From Octopus vulgaris (lineage: Eukaryota): a stretch of DNA of 64,000 nt. The notes beneath the pieces were generated by a model. That model saw only the letters and a list, made by a program, of their open reading frames with translations, made no database searches and had not been told where the DNA came from. Numbering within the stretch: position 1 is the first letter of the stretch; every line of letters starts with the position of its first letter. The position numbers were made by a program, and so were the translations under genes. Location: positions 72,788,001-72,852,000 of the forward strand of contig OX597825.1 in assembly GCA_951406725.2 (NCBI GenBank). The letters are read 5' to 3'. Shown piece after piece: positions 41,280 through 54,099 of the stretch.

Positions 41280-41831
41280 TACGAGGTGGTTACAAAATAT
41301 TCCCAGACTAGTTATGTTTAATAAAAGATAACTAATTAAACCTAAGTTTTAACTTCATCTCCTTCGAAATAGTCCCCTTGCACAGTGATACACCTGTCCC
41401 AGCATTCCTACCATTTTTATTTTTGGAATCTGGCCTGGAAGCCGTTTTCTGTAAGCAGGTTGAGGACTTTATGTGATTCAGTACGTATCTCAACTACGGT
41501 GTTAAAACCATGAACTTTGAACTGCATTTTCATTTTGGAGAAGAGATGGAAACCCACAGGTGCTAAATCTGATAAATAGGGTGGGTGCAGAAATAATACC
41601 ATGTTGTTTTTGGCAAGAAACTCACGAGTAAGGAGAGGTTGGTGATAAGGTGCATTAACATTGTGAAGAATCCAATTCTTCATGTCCCACAGATCCATCG
41701 CTTTTGCCAAATGTCCTTCAAATGCTTCGAAATCGAAATGTCGCAGTAAAACCCTGGATTACAACCATGTGCTACAATCTGGTGGCAAAGTACAGAACTA
41801 GTCTGGGAACTTTTTGATATCACCTTCTGTA
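41280..41831 (-). mobile_element. Internally deleted mariner with both TIRs
   Basis: TIRs TACGAGGTGGTTACAAAATATTCCCAGACTAGT and ACTAGTCTGGGAACTTTTTGATATCACCTTCTGTA. ORF reads WILHNVNAPYH...HPPYLSDLAPVGFHLF. Confidence 0.85.
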
Positions 41832-41939
41832 TGCTTGGCTCACATATGTGTAAATCACAGAGAAAAGTCAAATCATCCACATGGTTACAGTTCAGAAAGT
41901 CACATTTAAAGTGTATAAATATATTTTGTTTGCACATAA

Positions 41940-42340
41940 AGGCGCAGGAGTGGCTGTGTGGTAAGTAGCTTGTTTACAAACCACATGTTTCCGGGTTCAG
42001 TCCGACTGTGTGGCACCTTGGGCAGGTGTCTTCTACTATAGCCTCTGGCCGACCAAAGCCTTGTGAGTGGATTTGGCAGACGGAAACTGAAAGAAGCCCG
42101 TCGTATATATGTATATATATATATATGTGTGTGTGTGTTTGTCCCCCTAGCATTGCTTGACAAACGATGCTGGTGTGTTTACGTCCCCGTCACTTAGCGG
42201 TTCGGCAAAACAGACCGATAGAATAAGTACTGGGCTTACAAAGAATAAGCGCCGGGGTCGAGTTGCTCGATTAAAAGCGGTGCTCCAGCATGGCCACAGT
42301 CAAATGACTGAAACAAGTAAAAGAGTAAAGAGAAAAGAGT
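41940..42340 (+). mobile_element. SINE family A, full length
   Basis: Consensus family A head and tail. Confidence 0.9.
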
Positions 42341-42378
42341 ATAAAGCTTATATGTATTAATATATATTGTTTCACATA

Positions 42379-42610
42379 ATACGAAAGTGAGGGAAGCTGA
42401 AAAGTTCGTGGCTTTGGATAAAAGAAAATACAGGAGGATCAGTTAATTACGATTTTATTCAACATATTCCCCTCTCAGATTTCACACACTTATTGCAGTG
42501 GTCCTTCAGTTTTGCTAAACCCTGTAAAAGTACTTGGAATATTGGGCCTCCAATCCAGCCTTTAATAAACAATACTCCTAAAGCCAGGAACTTTTCCACA
42601 CACCCTCATA
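42379..42610. mobile_element. Mariner-derived MITE
   Basis: TIR-like GAGGG..GCTGAAAAGTTCGTGGCTTT and AAAGCCAGGAACTTTTCCACACACCCTCATA. Residual transposase C-terminus on the minus strand. Confidence 0.65.
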
Positions 42611-42662
42611 TATTTATAGCCACTACACACATTTTTTTCTCCCCTTGTTTCTTTCTGTGTTC

Positions 42663-42698
42663 CTTTCTGTGGAAGAGCGTAGGCTCGAAACGTAAAAG
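42663..42698 (+). ncRNA. Minimal hammerhead-like motif with variant core, in a Penelope-like repeat (42618-42792)
   Basis: CTTT-CTGTGGA-A-GAGC GTAG GCTC-GAAA-CG-TA-AAAG. Confidence 0.55.
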
Positions 42699-43293
42699 AC
42701 TTTTTCAATTCCAGAGCGTTATACTAATACATCTGTTTGTTTTGTACACCACCTGTCTTTGTCTTTTGTTTTTTTTCAAGAATTCTCCCCCTGCATATAT
42801 ATATATATATTTCGATCACATTTCAAATATATGAATATATTTGGTATTACAGTTTATCTTTAATAAATTCAGTCTGAAATACATTTTAAACTATCATAAA
42901 TTAAAACAAACTAATACTTCAATATACAAACAAAATATATATTTACACACTTCAGATACAAGTGAAAAAAGAAGGTACTAAGGTTGTAAATCTACCAATC
43001 CAATTCTGTTTGTTACTATACAAAAATGTTTTTAAGCTTAAAAAACTGTAGACTTAGAAGCTCTGACGTTCGAAGTGTATTTTTACATGCAACATAAAAA
43101 TGTCAGGATATGAAATGGAAAACATTATATCAAAAAAGTTACAGTATGTTCAAACACGTGATTGTATAACTTATTTGCAGTGCATTTATTATGTCTGTCA
43201 GCATTTCTGTGTGTGTAAATATATATATATATATATATATGCATACATATATATATACACATACATATATATATACACACACACACACATATA

Positions 43294-43334
<41 letters not shown>

Positions 43335-43477
43335 ATATACATACATATATACATACATATATACATATACATATATATATATATATATATATAAATATAC
43401 ACACACACACACACATATATATATATACACATATATATATACACATATACATATATATATATACATATATACATATA

Positions 43478-44042
43478 TCTATATATATAAGACTGTAGTT
43501 ATTTGAGTGTCTGTCTCCTACGATTTAGATTCCTAACTACTCCCACATTTTGCGGTGCAGTTTAACCAAATTCGGGTATCTTATAGTCGTGATTCATATC
43601 GAGCCTGTCTGGGTATTAGCGCGCATCTACAATGAGTCTACGATTTTAAAAATAATTTAACATCATTTTTTATTCCATTTTAATGCATATTTTTTCGTGT
43701 GTCGATGGCGGCGGAGTTGGCGTCCATGGTCACACCTGCACATGTGTTGTTTCTCCCCCTTCTTCCCTCCCTCATGAAGCTGTGGGGAAGGGAGTGTAAG
43801 GAAATCAACGTCGTAAAGCGTTGTCAAGGAGACCAGCGTTCTTTTAGAACAATGACTTCATGGCTTGAAGACACCAAAACAGAAAATGTCTACGATGAGT
43901 CAACGATTTTTAAAAAAATTTACCATAATTTTTTTTCCATTTTTAATGCATTTTTTTTGCTATTTTTTGGCTATAACGCTCTAAAAATGCTTATATAGTT
44001 ATTTCCCTTACAAACCCGAGCAACGCCGGGTGATACTGCTAG
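43478..44042 (+). mobile_element. Complete non-autonomous Helitron
   Basis: 5' TC follows an A. The 3' hairpin CCCGAGCAACGCCGGG (44015-44030) is followed by CTAG and then T. No TSD. Confidence 0.85.
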
Positions 44043-44159
44043 TATATAAATAAAATACAAAATGGGACAAGAACGCAAAACATCCAGATAGACGATACAA
44101 AAATTACAGAAGGACAGGTCATTATATAATATATATGACTTGGAAAAGTCATGCTTCTC

Positions 44160-44990
44160 ACATGACTTTTCCAAGTGAAGTCCCACCACAGACAGTGTTT
44201 GGTCCTGGGATTTATTAATAGACATTGTGAAGCTGATATGAATAGGAAATTGCACTCCTCTGAATGAAAAAGGAAGTTCTGCTCCTGACGGAATGAGAGG
44301 AATCCTGGGTATGAAAACATCCTCTCCTTTTCCACATCCAGAGAGAATGGTGGCCCCAATAACATATGGTGTCATCATCTTTAACACCAAGCATGTTCGA
44401 TTGTAGTGTGTTGGTGGATCCAAATTCCTCAATAGCATTACTGGAGTTCCCACTTTAAGTTTCAATATGTGGAGGCACATGGCCTAGTGGTTAGAGCAGT
44501 AGACTCGCGGTTGAGGGATCACAGGTTCGAATCTCAGGCCAGGCAATGTGTGTGTTTATGAGCGAAACACCTAAGCTCCACGCGGCTCTGGCAGAAGGTA
44601 ATGACGAACTTCTGCTGACTCTCTCGCCGCAACTTTCTCTCTCTTTCCTCCTGCATCTTGCAGCTCATCTGCGACGGATCAGCGTCCCGTCCAAGTGGGG
44701 AACCTATATGCCAAGGAAACCGGGAAACCGGCCCTTATGAGCCAGGCGTGGCTCGAGAAGGAACAAACAAAAAACGGTTCCAATCTGTGGGGAGGTAGTC
44801 CTGGAGGCTCCAATGAATTAAGAAATTCTGTTGGATAATTTATCACCTCTTTGGGATCCAGGATTGTATCAACTAACTTGTAGATGTGAGGACTTCCAGG
44901 AACATACTGCAGGGGCTGCTCACTAATTTTACTTACAGTGCTGTTTTTTTTTGAGCCAGTATTGCTCTTTCACACGGTCAATTGTGAATG
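44160..44990 (-). mobile_element. Decayed Helitron PIF1-like helicase fragment, interrupted by SINE D
   Basis: ERAILA...NYPTEFLNSLEPPGLPPH | LKLKVGTPVMLLRNLDPP...VFIPRIPLIPS...PFSFRGVQFPI...MSINKSQDQTL. Confidence 0.9.
44471..44775 (+). mobile_element. SINE family D, full length
   Basis: Matches 4915-5224. Imperfect TSD GTTTCAATATGT / GTTCCAATCTGT. Confidence 0.9.
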
Positions 44991-45709
44991 TGATAATTTT
45001 TCAACCAATGGAGGATCCCCTCTCTGGAGACATTATGTAAGAAATATGATGTAACAAAATGAGATGACAACTGTATGTTAATAACGAAATATCAATACAA
45101 AAAACAGTAAATAATATCAATATCTTAGCAAATTTTAAGAAATACATACAATGAACTGCGATTACACTGTTATGTTAATAATTAATTGTCAATAAAAAAT
45201 ATTAATTAATATCAATATTTTTTTAAAAATGAAAAAAACCTTCAGCAGATTACTCTTCTGAAAGTGACTTCGTAAAGAGTTACCACCCTTCTACACGTAA
45301 CCCAAGAAAGGGTGTTTTCTGCTCCCAGAGGCCCCATCACGCATTATGAGAAAAATTTTAAGATTCTAAAACCATCTCTGGAACATAAGTAATGTATGTT
45401 CCCAGTTTCAGAGATCATCTACCTATATTTGTAGTCAGATATTGCTGTATAGAGAGGATCATACCACAAAATTTTCCTATGTCTACATCATTTTAGCTTT
45501 TGATATAGGCTAAACCCTTCTTGAAATTGGATTTTTCTAATGTAGCTATGTAATGCTGGGCTGCATTTTTTAAATGTTGCATCTTCAAAGGGTAATTTGG
45601 AAACATGTATACTAGTTGTTTAAATATTGATATGCATATATATATATACCTATATCTATCTATCAATCTAAATAGGTAGGTATGTATTTGTGAGTATGTA
45701 TATACATAC

Positions 45710-45755
<46 letters not shown>

Positions 45756-46016
45756 GCACATATACATATATATGTGTGTGTGTGTGTATGCAAACAACAG
45801 ACATACACATGGAAACAAGAATAGAGAGATAGATACAAAAGCAGAGACAGACACACAGACAGAGGCAAACTGATAGAGACAAATAGATAGGTTGATAGAT
45901 AGATAGATAAATAAATACATATATATTTCAGATAATGCTCCAAATGTTGCAAAAAGAAATTAAATTTCTCTCCATTTATACAAATGTACATATATATTTA
46001 TACATATACATACATA

Positions 46017-46043
46017 CATATGGAAGACAGACATGAAACGATG

Positions 46044-46109
<66 letters not shown>

Positions 46110-46141
46110 TGTATCATCGTTTCACTTCTGTCTTCCATATG
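46017..46141. repeat. Fold-back palindrome of a family C tail around (TA)n
   Basis: CATATGGAAGACAGACATGAAACGATGATAC(AT)n...GTATCATCGTTTCACTTCTGTCTTCCATATG. Confidence 0.85.
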
Positions 46142-46163
46142 TATATATGTATATATATATATG

Positions 46164-46243
<80 letters not shown>

Positions 46244-47046
46244 GTATGCATGTGTCTATATACACACATACACACACAGTGTGTGTATATGAAATACAAA
46301 CAGATAGAAATACAAAAGTAATATTCTAACATTGCCTTAGTTGTGATGTCTAAGACAAACAAAAGTACACAAAAATAAAGTATATATATATGTATATATA
46401 CACACATATATATAAATTTATGCAAACGTATACATGCATACATAGACAAAAAATATATATATATACGTGCAAACACACACACACATATATGCATAAATGT
46501 GCATTGTTTAGATATACATAAGTATGTATGTGCATACATATATACATACATACACACACATATACACACAAATCACTTGAAAAACTCAACAGCTTCCTGT
46601 TTAAACATAACATTTATTACAGAACGGCTGTCTCTACCGCCACCACCACCAACAGCAACAACAACAACAACACCACCAGCGCCCATCAGAAACCCCACCA
46701 CCACCAACACCACCACCACTACCACCACAAACTGAAGTCAAGAAGGGTAGAAGATGACACAATATAACTGTGGTTGCAGTAGTAGGAGGGGATAGGGAGG
46801 AGGAAGAGGGGGTTTGATTTATATATCATATCTTCATGTATATACACATACGTATATGTATATACATACATGTGTGTGTGTATATATATATGTATATATG
46901 TATATATTCACACACACATCCATAAACACACACAGACACACACACATATATATATATATACACATATATATGCATATACATACATATATATATACCTACC
47001 TACATATATATACATATGTGTATACACACATAAATACATATATATA

Positions 47047-47094
<48 letters not shown>

Positions 47095-47590
47095 CATATA
47101 TATATATATTCATATAATATATATACATATAATGTATATATATATATACATACATATATATATATACATATATAGATACATACATACATATATATATATA
47201 TAATGTATATATATATATATACATACATATATATATATACATATACATATATACATACATACATATATATATACATATATATCCACACATATATACATAT
47301 ATATACACGCACAGACACACACACAAACATATGTGTGTGAGAGAGGGTCAGAGACAGACTGTATGTATATGTGTGTGTGAGAGAGAGAGTGTGTGTGTAT
47401 GTAGATATGTATGCGTATGGTGCGCACATATAATTGACAAGGAAACCAGCAGAGATTTTTCCATTTTCCTTCAGTTTCCCAGGCTGTTTCTGTGTTAGTT
47501 TATTGTTGTTGTTGCTGTTTTATCACTAGAATTTAGGCCAGTGAAGTAGCTGATTAAAGTAATAACAGAAAGGTAGGACATTATATACAC

Positions 47591-47658
<68 letters not shown>

Positions 47659-47686
47659 TATAATACATTTGTGTGTGTATGTTTGC

Positions 47687-47757
<71 letters not shown>

Positions 47758-48076
47758 GACACACACACACATATATATAATATTTTATATATATGCAATA
47801 TATAATATATACTATAATATATATATATGAATATTCATATATGAGTATGCTTATGTAAGTAATATATATATATATACTTATATATATGAGTGAATTTATG
47901 TCAAGATGTGTGTGTATGTGTGTGTGTGTAAGATGTGTGTGTGTGTGTGTGTATGCGTGTGCAGTCAAATGACTGAAACAAATAAAAGAATAAAGGACTA
48001 TATACACACACATATCTCTACATAAATACACACGTATATGTATATATACATATCTCTACATACATATACTCACATA

Positions 48077-48111
<35 letters not shown>

Positions 48112-48178
48112 GTACATATAATGTACACATTATGTAGAAACATATGCATAGATACATATGCATGTCATACACACCTAC

Positions 48179-48256
<78 letters not shown>

Positions 48257-48513
48257 TGGATTCTCTTGTTGTGAATGACAAATGAGGGTTTAGTAAAATA
48301 AAGCCTTAATGATGTTCTATGGACATGAATGTATCTCTTGAGGCCTGCTGGTGCCTTGCAAACAGTTTGGCAAATGGAACAAATTGAGGGCTCAGTTTGC
48401 TTGAGTGCTTGAGGGTCATTTACTACGTGTTTTCTTAAGTGGACAGCAAAGCCTGTTTTGTTTTATGCCACAAAACCACAATGACAAGAGAGTGTGTGTG
48501 TGTGTGTGTAGAT

Positions 48514-48920
48514 AGGCGCAGGAGTGGCTGTGTGGTAAGTAGCTTGCTTACCAACCACATGGTTCCGGGTTCAGTCCCACTGCGTGGCACCTTGGGCAAG
48601 TGTCTTCTGTTATAGCCCTGGGCCGACCAATGCCTTGTGAGTGGATTTGGTAGACGGAAACTGAAAGAAGCCTGTCGTATATATGTATATATATGTATGT
48701 GTGTGTGTTTCTGTGTCTGTGTTTGTCCCCCTAACATTGCTTGACAATTGATGCTGGTGTGTTTATGTCCCCGTCACTTAGCGGTTTGGCAAAAAGAGAC
48801 CAATAGAATAAGTACTGGGCTTACAAAGAATAAGTTCCGGGGTCAATTTGCTCGACTAAAGGCAGTGCTCCAGCATGGCCACAGTCACATGACTGAAACG
48901 ATTAAAAGAGTAAAAGAGTA
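48514..48920 (+). mobile_element. SINE family A, full length
   Basis: Consensus family A sequence. Confidence 0.9.
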
Positions 48921-49014
48921 ATATAGATAGATAGATTGATAGATATAGATAAAGATATAGACACAGTGGATTCTCAATTTACAAATTTAATTCATTCCTG
49001 ATGGCCATTTGTCA

Positions 49015-49367
49015 CCTGAAATGTTCGGATTCACTGAAGCTCCGGCGTCTAGCGACGGACTTGGTAAACACCCACAAGGTTATCAACCACCTCACCAACA
49101 ACAACACTGAACACCATTTTGATCTCCATGTGTCTAACACATGTGGACATGCCTACAAAGTCAGAAAACAGCACAGCTCCCATGACTTTCGGAAACATTT
49201 TTTCACGCTCAGGGTTGCTGAAGCGTGGAATAAACTGCCTGCATCAGTTGTTGACTGCCATGACACTGCATCCTTTAAGGCCCTCATGCTTCCCGAAATC
49301 CGTCGAAACTACACCTGATTATATATACACTTTAGATGAGTTGTAGTGCACCTGAGCACTGTACACA

Positions 49368-49410
<43 letters not shown>
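49015..49410 (+). mobile_element. 5'-truncated CR1-clade LINE 3' end with (ATT)n tail
   Basis: SLKLRRLATDLV..HK...TCGHAYKVRK....DFRKHFFTLRVAEAWNKLPASVV...TASFK, then a short 3'UTR and (ATT)n. Confidence 0.85.
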
Positions 49411-49412
<2 letters not shown>

Positions 49413-49774
49413 AACTGAAACTATTTTCCCCATAGGAATTTCTAGAAAAGATACAGGAAATTCTAGCGGAGATGTGCACTAAGAGAAAGCATAACATCAA
49501 CTGATTCCTTTTCACAGTTTGTTGGCAACCCCCGGTGCCAGCTTGCATGTTTTTTGGCCAATACACTCTGCATTGCCCAAGATGTTTTATGTTCAAAAGA
49601 ATTGTTCGTAAACAAATTTGTCTGTGATGAGAAGTGATCATAAACCAAGATTCCACTCTGTGTGTGTGTGTGTATGTGTGTATGCACACGCATGCATGCA
49701 TTTAGTATTTTACAAAGATCGAGGTCTCTTTCGTTCTTTCGTTGTCTTACCATTTCTATCAATATATATATATA

Positions 49775-50183
49775 CTCTTTTTACTCTTTTACTTGTTTCA
49801 GTCATGTGACTGTGGCCATGCTGGAGCACCGCCTTTAGTCGAACAAATCGACCCCCAGGACTTATTCTTTGTAAGCCTAGTACTTAATCTATCGGTCTCT
49901 TTTGCCAAACCGCTAAGTTACGGGGACATAAACACACCAGCATCAGTTATCAAGCAATGCTAGGGGGACAAACACAGATACACAAACACACATATATATA
50001 TATACATATACATATATACAACGGGCTTCTTTCAGTTTCTATCTACCAAATCCACTCACAAGGCTTTTGTCGGCCCGAGGCTATAGTAGAAGACACTTGC
50101 CCAAGGTGCCACGCAGTGGGACTGAACCCAGAACCATGTGGTTGGTAAGCAAGCTCCTTACCACACAGCCACTCCTACGCCTA
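49775..50183 (-). mobile_element. SINE family A, full length
   Basis: Consensus family A sequence. Confidence 0.9.
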
Positions 50184-50608
50184 TACATATATATCATCAT
50201 CATCATCATTGTTTAACATCTGTTTTCCATTCTAGTATGGGTTGGACGATTTGACTGAGGTCTGGCGAACCAGATGGCTGCACCAGACTCCAATCTGATC
50301 TGGCAGAGTTTCTACAACTGGATGCCCTTCCTAACGCCAACCACCCCGAGAATGTAAAAATGTATTATTACAGTTATTAATGAATTATATTAATAAGGTA
50401 AATTATAAAGTGGCTAGCAAGTTCACACCATTACAGGCACAATATAAGCTAAATTTAGATTCAGTAGGGTATATAATGCCACTTGCTAAAATCAGAGCCA
50501 AGGCCCCAAAACCATCAAAAACTCACAATAAAGATGTACACAAGGAATCCAATGACCATCATGAGCAAGAATAAATTTAAATATATATATACATACACAT
50601 ATATATAT

Positions 50609-50920
50609 ATCACCATGATCACCATGACCGACCAGGCAATCAGAGGTTGTTACACATCGATTGTCACAATGCGCTTCGCATTGTTTTAGCCTTCAAATGA
50701 CGAGACCCTACTGGCTAGGTGGGCAGGCCAACAGAAGAAAGAGTGAGAGAAAGTTGTGGCAAAAGGGTACAGCAGGGATCACCACCACTCCCTGCCAGAG
50801 CCTCATGGAGCATTAGGTGTTTAGCTCAATAAACACTCACAACACCCGGTCTCGGAATCGAAACCGCGCTCCTACGACTGCAAGTCCGCTGCCCTAACCA
50901 CTGGACCATTGCGCCTCCAC
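50609..50920 (-). mobile_element. SINE family E
   Basis: Matches 12646-12950. Confidence 0.85.
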
Positions 50921-50996
50921 ATGTGTATGTTTGTGTGTGTCTGTGTGTGTGTGTGTATGTAAGCATCTATGCATGCATGATGCATGCATATACATA

Positions 50997-51245
50997 CAGG
51001 GTTGGCCAAAAGTCACCTGATAGTAAATCAAAGCCATTTAATTCCAAGATTAAAACAAAAAATTATTTTATATAAAACTTCGCTAACAAACAGACAAAAA
51101 ATGTTGAAAAAAACAAAAAAAACGGCGATTTTAACTCACAGCATTCAATTATTAAACATTCATAATTGGAATGAATATATAAAATTGAATATTAAATATT
51201 TATGGAATTTTTGATTTACTGTCACATGACTTTTGACCAACCCTG
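50997..51245. mobile_element. Tc1/mariner-type MITE with TA TSD
   Basis: TIRs CAGGGTTGGCCAAAAGTCACCTGATAGTAAATCAAA and TTTGATTTACTGTCACATGACTTTTGACCAACCCTG. Confidence 0.85.
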
Positions 51246-51267
51246 TATATATGTATATATATGTGTG

Positions 51268-51332
<65 letters not shown>

Positions 51333-51374
51333 CTCTATTAAGCAATTCAATAATGACTGATATTATTCACCCAT

Positions 51375-51820
51375 AGGCACAGGAGTGGCTGTGTGGTAAG
51401 TAGCTTGCTTACCAACCACATGGTTCCGGGTTAAGACCCACTGTGTGGTACCTTGGGCAAGTGTCTTCTTCTATAGCCTCGGGCAGACCAAAGCCTTGTG
51501 AGTGGATTTGGTAGACGGAAACTGAAAGAAGCCTATCGTATATATATGTGTGTGTGTGTGTGTATGTGTATATGTTTGTGTTTCTCTCCCACCAAAATCG
51601 CTTGACAACCAATGCTGGTGTGGTGTGTTTACATCCCCGTAACTTAGCGGTTCGGCTAAAGAAACCAATAGAATAAATACTAGGCTTACAAAGAATAAGT
51701 CCTGGGGTCGATATACTCAACTAAATCCACTCACAAGGCCTTGGTTGGCCCGAGGCTATAGTAGAAGACACTTGCCCAAAGTGCCATGCAGTGGGACTGA
51801 ACCCGAAATCATGCCTGCAC
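51375..51820 (+). mobile_element. SINE A followed by an inverted copy of its own head region (51723-51820)
   Basis: AAATCCACTCACAAGGC...GCCCGAGGCTATAG is the reverse complement of 51470-51510. Confidence 0.8.
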
Positions 51821-51841
51821 CTGTATATAATATATAAATAT

Positions 51842-52440
51842 ATATAAAATACAGTGTACATTTAAACACATTAAGAGATATCCATCATAGGACTCCCTTA
51901 CGCTAGAAGGAACAGCTAAAGTCCAAACCACTAATTAGGGATAAATTCTCGAAGGGAATGAGAAACAAAAACATTTACCATCTATTTCCTGGACCATGGT
52001 TTCTGACTTTTTTTTAGCAAATAAAATAATTTACCAGGTGAAGTCTTCGTCAACAGGTATGCCAAGATTAAACATATTAACACAAGGCCAATCCAGCATG
52101 TGCCTCTTGCTTATACATTTTAATTTTTCAAATCCACCGCGCAAGCGCAGTTTTTTGTCGACAGCAAAGAAAATGCCCGCAATTTCTTCAAACGAATTTT
52201 CCAGAAATCTTTATACATAATTAAAAACATCAGGGTAATAAAGATTTTAGAAATTTTTACTACCAGTGGCCTAGCGTATAGAAAAATTCGTCAATAGACT
52301 ATATATTATTCATATAAAATACAGTGTACATTTGAACACATTAAGAGGTATCCATCATAGGACTCACTTATGCTAGAAGGAACAGCTAAAGTCCAAACCA
52401 CAAATTAGAGATAAATAATCGAAGGGAATGAAAAACAGAA
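51842..52440 (-). mobile_element. Penelope-like terminal repeat, partial tandem (~128-bp direct repeats at 51842 and 52312)
   Basis: ATATAAAATACAGTGTACATTT...CGAAGGGAATGA is duplicated. Hammerhead remnant at 51988-52057. Confidence 0.7.
51988..52057 (-). ncRNA. Degenerate hammerhead ribozyme, paralog of 55748-55816
   Basis: Minus strand: CCTG-TTGACGA-A-GACTT...AAGTC-A-GAAA-CCATGG-TC-CAGG. Confidence 0.6.
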
Positions 52441-52849
52441 AAGCACACACACACACACACATATATATAGGCACAGGCGTGGCTGGTGGTAAGAAGCTTG
52501 CTTCCCAACCACATGGTTCTGGGTTCAGTTCCACAGCGTGGCATCTTGGGCAAGTGTCTTCTACTATAGCTTTAGTCCAACCGAATCCTCGAGAGTGGAT
52601 TTAGGTGACGGAAACTGAAATAAGTCCTGGGATGAATTTGTTCAACCTAAAAAAAAACCTCAAAGCAGTGCTCCAGCATGGCTGCAGTCAGATGACTGAA
52701 ACAAGTAACAGAATAAGAGAATAAAAGAATATATAAATGCATATTTGTGTGTGTTAGAAATAGAGATTTACCCCATAGTAAAATTTTTATATCTGCATTT
52801 ATGTATTGGTGTTTGCAATAAAAAATATATATTCTCTCACACACACACA

Positions 52850-52921
<72 letters not shown>

Positions 52922-53189
52922 TATATGCACACACAGATATTAATATATAGATACATACATAGATAAATATGTAGATAGGTAGAAAGTCAAATATATATAT
53001 TTATATATGTATATATATTTGTCTAAGGAGATATAGAGACAGTGATAGGGTGGGGTAGAAAAATGCAGCTGGGAGGGGTGATAATACTGTGAATGATGTT
53101 TCATTTGCTTTGTCTGTTGTAATTCTTAGTGGCGGCGGGTGGGTGGGTAGGTGGTATGGGTGGTGGTGGATAGGGTGTTAACCTTTTAC

Positions 53190-53346
53190 CTTTTTGGCAA
53201 TGACAGTGGAGTATTTGAAGAGAGACGGTGGACGGGGCAGGCGAACGGGTGGGAATCAGGGTGGTGGTGGTGATGGTGGTGGTGGTGGCGGCGGCAGTGG
53301 TGGCAGCGTCAGCGGTGGTGGTGGTGGTGGTGGTGGTGGTGGCCAT
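53190..53346 (-). CDS. Possible first coding exon of an unknown gene (Thr-rich N-terminus)
   Basis: Kozak-like TCCACCATGG, then 52 open codons, then AAG|GTAAAA. No homology recognised. Confidence 0.2.
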
Positions 53347-54099
53347 GGTGGAAGAAGGACAGTGCAGGGAGTGGGAGGATGTCTCTGCGGTTTGTGGTCG
53401 TCAGACATTCTAGAAATATCTCTTATCTTTGTAAACAAACAATCCAAGGTGTGGGGGTGGGGTATTGATGAGAGAGAGGGGGGAAGGTGGGTCTACTTTG
53501 ATTTTTGACATCTTGCACTTGTAAAAATTCATTTTGCATAATGTAAAAGGAAAAAAAAAGATATTTATTTCATTTTTTTTTTAAATGTTGAAATATTTAA
53601 ATTTTTTTTCTTTGAATTTTAAAATATTCTAATGCATTTTTTCATTTTTTTTTTACCATAAATATAATTATCTATTAGCTAGAAAAACAGAATGGACTAA
53701 ACAGAACAGGAGAAACATGGTTACGGGACAAGTGACTAAAGATTTCCAGACAAAGGACATAAAATAAAAATAATAATGAAATAAATTTAAAGTGAACAAC
53801 AAATATGTAGTGTGTGTGTTTATTTGGCAAAGAAAAAATGACCCTCCCAAAATATAACCAATATCTGTTTCAGCACATGATTTCACATCAGGGACCTTCT
53901 GGCAAAACAAACATGTAAATGTAATTATCTGTATTTTTTGCAAAAAACTTGGGGGTGGAGTATGATTTTGGGGTGTAGTAATCAACCTGTCTAATCCATG
54001 CCAGCATGGAAAGCAGATGTAGAATAATGACTGCGGTGATTAATAATGATGATGGTGATGACAGTGATGGTGATGATGATCACGGAAGTGTTGTTGTCG

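Noticed and set aside
43971-44480. Cellular PIF1 helicase gene
   Set aside because: Intronless, degenerate and SINE-interrupted, with Helitron-type motifs; it is a transposon relic.
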